From positions 1-37,832 of the forward strand of contig JANOQV010000169.1 in assembly GCA_031414955.1 (NCBI GenBank): a stretch of DNA of 37,832 bases, in the 5' to 3' direction. The DNA is from Pedosphaera sp. GTDB taxonomy: Bacteria > Verrucomicrobiota > Verrucomicrobiia > Limisphaerales > SIBH01. The position numbers and the translations under genes are program-made. The first letter of the stretch is position 1; each line of letters begins with the position of its first letter. Below the pieces are notes generated by a model. The model did no database searches. It was not told where the DNA came from and saw nothing but the letters and a program-made list of their open reading frames with translations. Positions 29,477 to 36,812 of this stretch are shown here, piece after piece.

Positions 29477-30586
29477 ATGAGCGATGAATATGGAAAGGCC
29501 ACTTGCTTGCACTGTGGTCAGCGCATCGAATACCCGATGGATTCTGGCGCAGATTCCGTGGAATGCCCGACATGTTTATTCCCCGTGCCGCTTATCCCGG
29601 CAACTCCAGAAAAGAACCCGACCAAAGCCCCGCACCTAAAGCGAACGAAAATCGCGATTTGGAGCACCATGTTGTGTGTGGTTGCGGGGATTTCGGTGAC
29701 AGTCGTGCTGCTCGCTCGTCATAACTACCGACCGTTAGAAGTTCAGTTGGCGGAGCGGAAGGAGAAAGCCCAGACGCTTTGGGCTAAAGCGGACGCGGGG
29801 GATAAAAGCGCAAAAGGGGCTTTGGGTGAAATGTATTGGGGTGTGCCGACCAATTATACCGGCTTTTTGTTCTGGGATTTCAAGTCACCGAAGCTCCGAA
29901 GCGAATTGTTGAACGCGAAGTCCGATTGGTTAAGCGCGGAAAAGAAGGGCCAGATCCAAACGCTTTTTCACAAGGCCGACGCTGGTGACAAAGATGCGCG
30001 CGGAGAATTGGTGCTGGTTGTAATGGGAGACATTTTCCGAATGCTGGAGCGTGAGCGACTCGAAGAAAGCGCGACGCCAGAAGACAAAATAAAGCGGAAA
30101 GTCCACAGCAATTACAACAACGGCTTCGACACTGTTGGCACTGACCATGTTGCCCTTGGAACAAACAGCGACGGAAGTGTTGGAGACCAACCTTCAATAA
30201 GACTTGAACGCAAATGCTATCGAGATGAACCAGCAGAATACCAAGCACAGTTTTACCTCCATGGCAAAGCACCAATCGTACTTTCCAGAGGAAACGCTGT
30301 GCATGTGGTTGTCAATGACACGCGATACACATTTAAGCACGACACCCCAAGCAATGCCTCAACGAATGCCTCCGGGAGGGCCTTCGAGTCGGTCTATTTG
30401 GTTATCAGCCCGGAGGTCGCGTACGCCTTTTTGTCGGCGCGAAGCGGGTATGTCACTTTTGAAGGCGATCTGAGGTTGGTTTCATTCCCCCTTACGAAGG
30501 AGTCGTTGGCAGTGTTCCGGGAATTTGCCGAGCAGTGTAAGCGCAAAGACGATCTTGTTTCCAAACCTGTCAGCGCGAAACCGTGA
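29477..30586 (+). CDS. Membrane-anchored protein: N-terminal Zn ribbon, TM helix, two SEL1-like segments, C-terminal alpha/beta domain
   Basis: CLHC..CPTC; hydrophobic IAIWSTMLCVVAGISVTVVLLA; KADAGDKSAKGALGEMY / KADAGDKDARGELVL; lower GC. Confidence 0.7.
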   Translation: MSDEYGKATCLHCGQRIEYPMDSGADSVECPTCLFPVPLIPATPEKNPTKAPHLKRTKIAIWSTMLCVVAGISVTVVLLARHNYRPLEVQLAERKEKAQTLWAKADAGDKSAKGALGEMYWGVPTNYTGFLFWDFKSPKLRSELLNAKSDWLSAEKKGQIQTLFHKADAGDKDARGELVLVVMGDIFRMLERERLEESATPEDKIKRKVHSNYNNGFDTVGTDHVALGTNSDGSVGDQPSIRLERKCYRDEPAEYQAQFYLHGKAPIVLSRGNAVHVVVNDTRYTFKHDTPSNASTNASGRAFESVYLVISPEVAYAFLSARSGYVTFEGDLRLVSFPLTKESLAVFREFAEQCKRKDDLVSKPVSAKP

Positions 30587-30669
30587 GAAGTTTGAATGTT
30601 CCTTTGCGTCGCCGTTCTTGTTACCACTCAAACCGCTTTACTCGATAGTCGTTGCAACCGTGGCCCAGA

Positions 30670-31935
30670 TTAATGAGCGGCCTTGCCGGACACCGCCGCC
30701 GCGTGCTCGCTGAAGGATTTGCCGCGGCCCGTGGGCGTGATGCACGAGTCGATGATGCCGCGTTGGAACTCGTCCCACATGGGCGACATGTTGCGGAGCT
30801 TGTCCACGATCTTGGCGAACGTCTCGACGACGTAATCCATGTCTTCCTCGGTGTTGTCCTGGCCGAGCGAGATGATGATGTTGCCCTGGGCCAGCGCGTG
30901 GTCGAGTCCGATGGCGGCGAGGACGTGGGAAATTTTCAGCGACTTGCTCACGCAGCTTGAACCGCTGGCCACGGCGATGCCGTTCATGTCGCAGAGCAGC
31001 AACTGGCCTTCGCCTTCGATGAACTCGGTGCTGATGTTCAGGTTCGTGGAGACGCGCTTCGGTCCCGGCTCGGGGCCGTTGAACTTGATGTAGGTGATCT
31101 TGGACTTCAGCCCTTCGTAGAGGCGCTTCTGCAACTTCGCCGTGTGCGCCATGCGCTCCGCCATTTCGCGCAGCGCAATTTCCGCCGCGAGTCCGCCGCC
31201 GACGATGGCCGGAACATTCTCCGTGCCCGCGCGCCGTCCGCCTTCCTGCACGCCGCCGTGAATGATGCTCACCAGCCGCGCCTTGCGGTTGCGGTAGAGC
31301 ACGCCCACGCCCTTCGGCCCGTAGAAACGATGAGGCGAAAACGACAACAGGTTCACGCCCATCGCCTGCACGTCGATCGGCAACCAGCCCGCGCTGGCCT
31401 CGGCATCGACGTAGAACGCGATACCGCGCTCGCCGGCGATTTTCCCGATCTCGCGAATCGGCGCGATGGTCCCGATGTCGTGGTTCACATGATGCACCGC
31501 GATGAGCGTCGTCTTGTCGGTGAGGGCCGCGCGCACGTCCTCGGGATTGATGACGCCTTCCTTGTCCACCTTCACGCGCGTGCAGGTGAAGCCCTGCTTC
31601 TCCAGGAACTCGATGGAGTTCATCACCGCCGGATGCTCGGTCTCGCTCACGACGAGGTGCATGCCCTTGCGCTGGTTCGCGTAAGCCACGCCCTTGATGG
31701 CGAGGTTCGTCGACTCGGTGCCGTCCGAGGTGAAGATGATGTCGTCCGGCGATTCGGCGTTGATGAGCGCGGCGTATTGCGAGCGCGCCTTGGCCAGCGC
31801 ATCGCGCACGCGCAACCCGTGCTGGTGCAGCGATGACGGATTGCCGAACGCCTCGGTGAAGAACGGCTTCATGGCGTCGAACACTTCCGGCAGAACCGGC
31901 GTGCTCGCCTGATGGTCGAGATAAACTTGGCGCAT
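30670..31935 (-). CDS. iscS: IscS/NifS-like protein with degenerate PLP site (probable pseudo-desulfurase)
   Basis: YLDH.ASTP, FGNPSSLH, EHPAV, GPKGVG, RAGTENV, ASGSSC; but SPHR in place of SxHK. Confidence 0.9.
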   Translation of the reverse strand: MRQVYLDHQASTPVLPEVFDAMKPFFTEAFGNPSSLHQHGLRVRDALAKARSQYAALINAESPDDIIFTSDGTESTNLAIKGVAYANQRKGMHLVVSETEHPAVMNSIEFLEKQGFTCTRVKVDKEGVINPEDVRAALTDKTTLIAVHHVNHDIGTIAPIREIGKIAGERGIAFYVDAEASAGWLPIDVQAMGVNLLSFSPHRFYGPKGVGVLYRNRKARLVSIIHGGVQEGGRRAGTENVPAIVGGGLAAEIALREMAERMAHTAKLQKRLYEGLKSKITYIKFNGPEPGPKRVSTNLNISTEFIEGEGQLLLCDMNGIAVASGSSCVSKSLKISHVLAAIGLDHALAQGNIIISLGQDNTEEDMDYVVETFAKIVDKLRNMSPMWDEFQRGIIDSCITPTGRGKSFSEHAAAVSGKAAH

Positions 31936-31946
31936 AAAAAATTGTT

Positions 31947-32258
31947 TCAATCCTCCGCGATCTCGCGGTTCAAGTCGCGTGTCCCGTCCAGCACCCGGTA
32001 AATCAGCACGCGCTCAGGTTCAACCCGGTAGAAGATCAAAAACCGCTTGAATCCTCGCACTTGCCATGAACGAATTTCCGGTCGTCGGAGGTCGTGTCGT
32101 CGTCGGCCTATTTCTGGGTTGGCCCCGATGAAATCAAATGTGGCGTAGGCTGCGCGCCAAAATCTGATCGCACGCTCAGGGTCTTGCCTGCGAATTCGCC
32201 TCCCGATTTCCTGCAAATCGCAGAAAACATACTCGCCTTCTTCCCACGGCAGATTCAT
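31947..32258 (-). CDS. RelE/ParE-family toxin
   Basis: DLQEI, NPEIGRRR, FLIFYRV, IYRVLDGTRDL. Confidence 0.85.
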   Translation of the reverse strand: MNLPWEEGEYVFCDLQEIGRRIRRQDPERAIRFWRAAYATFDFIGANPEIGRRRHDLRRPEIRSWQVRGFKRFLIFYRVEPERVLIYRVLDGTRDLNREIAED

Positions 32259-32467
32259 TCCAAACTTGCCACGAGCTTCTTGATTTGTTCTTCGGGACTG
32301 ACCCTCCGAAATGTTCCGCGCTCGGCTTCGTCCAGTTTCCGCTGAATCTCAATGATCCGTTCCGGCGTTTCCGCAGGCGCGTGCTGAACAATCCAGTCCG
32401 TGATTTCGTAATACTCTGTCGGCGTCAGGCGACCCAAGGCGGCTTTGATTTCAGTGACTGTGCTCAT
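32255..32467 (-). CDS. Putative antitoxin
   Basis: 70 aa directly upstream of the ParE-like toxin with a 4-nt overlap. Confidence 0.75.
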   Translation of the reverse strand: MSTVTEIKAALGRLTPTEYYEITDWIVQHAPAETPERIIEIQRKLDEAERGTFRRVSPEEQIKKLVASLE

Positions 32468-32471
32468 GCGT

Positions 32472-33086
32472 TCACTTTACAGGATGCATCTGCACTCGGA
32501 AAGCCGACTCACCGCCGTCTTTCGTCAGTACGAGTCCGAAGTTGTCGGCGAGCGCCGTCAGCGCCTGTTTGGGCGTAATGTTCCGCCAGCCAAACGAGAC
32601 CGGGCCTTGTTTCTCCATCATCGCGCGGGCAGCCGGATCAATGTTCAGCGTCACTTGTGCCGCTTCTCCAAGTCTCGTGAACGCCTCGGCGAGCGGCATG
32701 AACTCCACGCCGATGCGCGGTATCGCGCGCCCAGAGTCAACACCCAGGCTGTTCGTCGGGAATGGTGTCGCAGCCACCGTCGCAGGCACGATTCGCATCA
32801 CTGAAGTCGCGCGGTTCGTGATGGCAACTAAGCGATTTTCAGTGAGCAATCTTTGAAACCCGTGTGCCGCCGTTACGTTAGTCCATTGAACGGACACTTT
32901 AGGTTCCGATGCCGCCTGGCCCGAGCCGGACACTTGAGGATCCACAAAAATGTTCAACTCCGCTTGCGATGCGAGATTGCCAATCGCCGCCGTGAGCGGA
33001 ACATCTTTAAGCTCAATTCTCGGCAGCGCTTCCTGCGCGAACACCGGCAGCGCGGCACAGAGAGTGATGACCAGCAGGCGCATCAT
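32472..33086 (-). CDS. Exported protein with two STN / secretin-N0-like domains
   Basis: Signal peptide ..PVFA; repeated units IELKDVPLTAAIGNLASQAELNIFVDP..VSVQWTNVT and IGVEFMPLAEAFTRLGEAAQVTLNIDP..VSFGWRNIT. Confidence 0.7.
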   Translation of the reverse strand: MMRLLVITLCAALPVFAQEALPRIELKDVPLTAAIGNLASQAELNIFVDPQVSGSGQAASEPKVSVQWTNVTAAHGFQRLLTENRLVAITNRATSVMRIVPATVAATPFPTNSLGVDSGRAIPRIGVEFMPLAEAFTRLGEAAQVTLNIDPAARAMMEKQGPVSFGWRNITPKQALTALADNFGLVLTKDGGESAFRVQMHPVK

Positions 33087-33111
33087 GCCTCGGAGTTGCA
33101 AGGTTTCAGCC

Positions 33112-33531
33112 TCAAGCCGGAACTGCCTCGGCCCGTTTTGCCGCCTCGGGATGCTTCTTCAAGTAATCCTCCAGCGCGGCCTTGAGCGCTTCTTCCGCGA
33201 GCACGGAGCAGTGAATCTTCACCGGCGGCAATCCACCCAGCGCGTCCACGACTTCCTGGTTCGAGAAGTTCATCGCTTCGTCGATGGTGCGGCCCTTGAT
33301 CAGTTCCGTGGCCATGCTGCTGCTGGCGATGGCCGAGCCGCAGCCGAAGGTCTTGAAGCGCGCGTCCTCGATCTTGCCGTCCTTGATCTTGAGGCTGATC
33401 TTCATGATGTCGCCGCACGCCGCCGCGCCGACTTCGCCGATGCCGTCGGCGTCCTTCACGTCGCCCATGTTGCGCGGGTTCATGAAGTGATCCATCACCG
33501 TCTGGTTGTAGAGTGTGTAAGTTTCGCTCAT
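33112..33531 (-). CDS. iscU: Fe-S cluster scaffold IscU/NifU
   Basis: DHFMNPRN, CGD, FKTFGCGSAIASS, LPPVKIHC. Confidence 0.96.
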   Translation of the reverse strand: MSETYTLYNQTVMDHFMNPRNMGDVKDADGIGEVGAAACGDIMKISLKIKDGKIEDARFKTFGCGSAIASSSMATELIKGRTIDEAMNFSNQEVVDALGGLPPVKIHCSVLAEEALKAALEDYLKKHPEAAKRAEAVPA

Positions 33532-33539
33532 AAGAATTT

Positions 33540-34013
33540 TCAGTTTTTAAGTTCGAGTTTCATTCCGCCCCGACGCGCGACCGAGCGGTGACTGTCACCG
33601 ACCGGCACATGCGTCTTCATCAAATCCGCGAGAGTTGTCCGGGAAAATACATCCTTCACCCGATCCTGCGCCTGCTCGAACAGGCCGCACAGCGCGCAGC
33701 CGCCGTGATGTTCACACTTCGGCTCGTCTTCTGAGAGGCAGCGTTGGAAAGCGATCTTGCCTTCAATGGCCTCAATGACTTCGAGCACCGTTACATCGCG
33801 CGGCGCTTTGAGCAGGGTGAAGCCGCCGCCGCTGCCGCGATTGGATTTCACCAGGCCCGCCTTGGCCAGCGACTGGAAAATCTTGGCCGCAAAACTCTTT
33901 GGGATGCGCTCCTCGCGGCTCACCTCGTCTATCATCACCACCGAGGCAGCAGGCCGCCGGGCCAGGCACATCAGGCCCAGCACCGCATATTCTCCTGCTC
34001 GTGTGATTTGCAT
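33540..34013 (-). CDS. Rrf2-family (IscR-like) Fe-S transcriptional regulator
   Basis: ITRAGEYAV, LVKSNRGSGGGF, EVIEAIEG, C-X7-C-X5-C-X2-C, RTTLADL. Confidence 0.93.
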   Translation of the reverse strand: MQITRAGEYAVLGLMCLARRPAASVVMIDEVSREERIPKSFAAKIFQSLAKAGLVKSNRGSGGGFTLLKAPRDVTVLEVIEAIEGKIAFQRCLSEDEPKCEHHGGCALCGLFEQAQDRVKDVFSRTTLADLMKTHVPVGDSHRSVARRGGMKLELKN

Positions 34014-34023
34014 CGTTTGGTTA

Positions 34024-34083
34024 AACCGGACGGGATTAGTCCGATTCGCGAATTGAATATAGAAGGGGTGAACCGGGTGTCAA
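34024..34083 (-). promoter_or_regulatory. Sigma70 promoter plus palindromic operator of the Fe-S operon
   Basis: TTGACA-N16-TATATT (34083-34056); AACCGGAC-N7-GTCCGATT palindrome (34024-34046) just downstream of the predicted start site. Confidence 0.75.
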
Positions 34084-34124
34084 CGGGAGTTTCCGCCAGG
34101 CCGTGACTCATTTTGAATTTTGGC

Positions 34125-34191
34125 CTCAGGAACTCAGGAACTCAGGAAATGGAAGCTGGTTCCTTGATCCATTCGTGATTTCCTGAGTTCC
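34125..34191. repeat. CTCAGGAA x3 tandem with a 14-bp inverted partner
   Basis: ggaactcaggaaat (34137-34150) / atttcctgagttcc (34178-34191). Confidence 0.75.
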
Positions 34192-34268
34192 AAATGGAAT
34201 CCTTTTCGGCCTTCTCCTCGAACTGACTCATGGTCTTCCACCGTCTGGCGTTCCAATCTCGGCTTGGG

Positions 34269-34293
34269 TTGGATTTTGGATTTTGGGTTTGGG
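34269..34293. repeat. TTGGATT heptamer tandem (reverse complement of the AATCCAA repeat in the kinase)
   Basis: ttggatt ttggatt ttgggtt tggg. Confidence 0.7.
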
Positions 34294-34325
34294 AGAATCT
34301 CTGTAGCTTCCCGCCGCGCACGCGA

Positions 34326-35396
34326 ATGAAGATTCTTCTGATCGCCATGTCCGGCATCGGCGACACGCTGATTGCCACGCCGCTCCTCCACGAGCTGCGG
34401 GCCAACTTTCCCGCCGCCCAAATCGACGTGCTCGTGATGTGGGCCGGGGCCAGGGATTTGCTCGAGGGCAACCCGCATGTGAACCGCGTCTGGCAGAAGA
34501 ATTTTATCAAGGATGGCGCGCGCCGGTCTTTGCCCTTCCTGCTCGAGGTGCGCCGCCAGGGCTACGACATCTCTCTCAATGCCCACACTCAAGGGCGCTT
34601 GGCCTATCGAGGGTTGGCGCGGTTCATCGGCGCGCAGCGGCGCGTGAGTCATGCCTACGACAACACGCGGGCCTGGGAACGCGCGCTTATCCACCTGACT
34701 GTTCCCGAGGATTATTCAGTCCACAGTGTGGAGAACAACAATCGCCTGCTGCCGTTGATCGGGGCCAGAGTGTTGCTGCCTTCGCACGAGATGAAACTGG
34801 ATCTCACCCCTGGTGAGGTTGCCTGGGCTGCCGAGTTCGCCGCCCGTCATCAGCTCGCATCTCGTCGCTGTCTCGGCCTGCACGTCGGCTCGGGTGGCAC
34901 CAAGAATCTGGCGCTCAAACGCTGGCCGCTGGCCCACTACATCGCCTTGCTCCAGCAGCTTGCCTCCACCCGGTCCGACCTGGTGGTGTTGCTCTTCGGC
35001 GGGCCCGAGGAGCAGCAGGCCCACGCCCGTATCCGCGCCGAGGTGCCCAGCCCGAACATTTTGATTCCTGAGTCGAGGAACCTCCGCCAGGCCGGCGCGC
35101 TCATGAAGCACTGCCACGCCTTCCTCAGCGTGGACACCGCGCTCATGCATCTGGCCGCTGCGATGAAGGTGCCGAATCAGATCGTGATCGAGGCGCCCAC
35201 GCTGAATCCGACCAATTACCCCCACGCCAACCCCTTCACTCTCGTACCCAACCCGGTCGTGAAGGGTCGTAACCTTGAGTACTACCGCTACGACGGTGGC
35301 CCGATCAAAGGCACGGAGGCGGAGCTGCTCGCAGCGATGGCCTCCGTGAGTGTCGAGGCGGTGGCCCGAGCCGTGGGCGAATCATTAAGCCGTTGA
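34326..35396 (+). CDS. Glycosyltransferase family 9 (LPS heptosyltransferase-like)
   Basis: GIGDTLIATP, NPHVNRV, KRWP, DTALMHLAAA. Confidence 0.92.
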   Translation: MKILLIAMSGIGDTLIATPLLHELRANFPAAQIDVLVMWAGARDLLEGNPHVNRVWQKNFIKDGARRSLPFLLEVRRQGYDISLNAHTQGRLAYRGLARFIGAQRRVSHAYDNTRAWERALIHLTVPEDYSVHSVENNNRLLPLIGARVLLPSHEMKLDLTPGEVAWAAEFAARHQLASRRCLGLHVGSGGTKNLALKRWPLAHYIALLQQLASTRSDLVVLLFGGPEEQQAHARIRAEVPSPNILIPESRNLRQAGALMKHCHAFLSVDTALMHLAAAMKVPNQIVIEAPTLNPTNYPHANPFTLVPNPVVKGRNLEYYRYDGGPIKGTEAELLAAMASVSVEAVARAVGESLSR

Positions 35397-35500
35397 GCCA
35401 TGACGGGCGGGATGGTCTGCGAAAATTTCGTTGGCGGACAGGTTGCACTCGATGCCCGGCTTGAATCCACCGTCGAACGTCCGCATAGTCCTGCGGTGCA

Positions 35501-36517
35501 ATGCTTATGATGAAATGTCTCGGACTGTTCGCCGGCCTGGCTTTGGCCGCCTCCGCCGCCCAACCGGCGAAGATGGTCGATGTGGTCACGGAGCCTCACG
35601 GCGGATGGAGCGAAGCCTTGGTCATGCGCGGCGGCGATTGCAAGGCGGTGGTCGTGCCGGCCATCGGCGGCCGGGTGATGAGCTATGCCGTCAACGGCGA
35701 AAATCTGTTCTTTGCGAATCCCGAGGCCTGGGGACTTACGCTGGCGAAAGCATCGAATGGCTTTTGGGTCGGAGGATACCAGTGCGATCTGGGTCCGGAA
35801 TTGCGCGGCCTGCCTGAGCACCAGGCGCTGTGGAACGGACCGTGGGCGTGGCGGCTGCCCCGGCCCTTCACCGTGCAGGTGGTCAGCGATCCATTCTTCG
35901 CCCTCGGGGTGCAGATGGAGAAGGAGCTGGTCATCGATCCAGACACCGGCGATCTGGGCGTTACCCAGCGTCTGCGCAATGTCATTAGCAACGATGTTTC
36001 CTTCTGCCTCTGGGATCGCACGCTCTGCAAAGGCGGCGGCTTCGTCCTTATTCCCCTGCACAAGCGCAGCGCCTTCAAAGCGGGCTGGTCCATCCGGCGT
36101 GGTCAGGCGGGCGGCTACCGTTACGACGGCAGCCGGCCTGCGGACGCCCGCGTGCGTGTGCTTGATGGTGTGCTCGTGGCGCAGGCACGAGCCTTGCCCG
36201 AGGCGAAGGAGTTGAAGCTCGGGGCGGACAGCGACGCCGGTTGGATCGCCTACGTGCGCGGGAAAACCCTGTTCGTGAAATACTTCCCGGTTTTCGCCCA
36301 GGCGAACTACAGCGACGGGGGCAATACGGTGGAGTTTTATTGCGACGATCGCGTGGCTGAACTGGAACCGCTCAGCCCCGAGGTGACCTTAAAGCCCGGC
36401 CACAACTACAGCTTTCCGGAGAAGTGGACCTTGATCGAGCTGGCCGAGGAGGTGACCACTTTTGAAAAGGCGCGCGCGTTGCTGAAACACATTCCCGCCT
36501 CGCCCTTCGCCAATTAA
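35501..36517 (+). CDS. Exported DUF4380-like protein (similar to 19548-20549)
   Basis: Signal peptide; VVPAIGGRVMSY, KLGADS, YSDGG, ELEPLSP; upstream TTGAAT-N17-CATAGT; exact start uncertain (35501/35507/35510). Confidence 0.65.
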   Translation: MLMMKCLGLFAGLALAASAAQPAKMVDVVTEPHGGWSEALVMRGGDCKAVVVPAIGGRVMSYAVNGENLFFANPEAWGLTLAKASNGFWVGGYQCDLGPELRGLPEHQALWNGPWAWRLPRPFTVQVVSDPFFALGVQMEKELVIDPDTGDLGVTQRLRNVISNDVSFCLWDRTLCKGGGFVLIPLHKRSAFKAGWSIRRGQAGGYRYDGSRPADARVRVLDGVLVAQARALPEAKELKLGADSDAGWIAYVRGKTLFVKYFPVFAQANYSDGGNTVEFYCDDRVAELEPLSPEVTLKPGHNYSFPEKWTLIELAEEVTTFEKARALLKHIPASPFAN

Positions 36518-36566
36518 AAGGCGAAGCAGGCAGCGAGTTGCCCCACTGCCTGCCGCTTCCCCTTCT
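36518..36566 (+). terminator. Possible terminator hairpin
   Basis: gcaggcag / ctgcctgc stem just after the stop; weak T-tract. Confidence 0.4.
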
Positions 36567-36812
36567 GATCTCGGACCTGTTGTGTGCGCAAGTCAGGCCC
36601 GAAATTGATTTTCTCCAGCCTCCTGGAGAGCCAGCGCCCAGCGGCCATGAGCCATCTTCACGGGCGGTCGATGGCTCCTGCGCGGGGATTAGCAGCAAGG
36701 TTGCCAGCTGCTTCGGGCTTCGATGGGGAATTAAAATGCAACGGCCGGAAGCCTGGTCGGGGCGGGAAGAGCGTATCAAATCTGGAAGCACCAACCCAAA
36801 TCAGGACATTAG

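Noticed and set aside
30670..31935. Calling the iscS-like gene a pseudogene
   Set aside because: No frameshift or stop; the changes noticed cluster at cofactor and substrate residues while structural motifs and the Cys are kept, which argues for selection
14446..34191. Tandem and inverted repeats considered as a CRISPR array
   Set aside because: No 23-47-bp direct repeats with unique spacers and no cas genes
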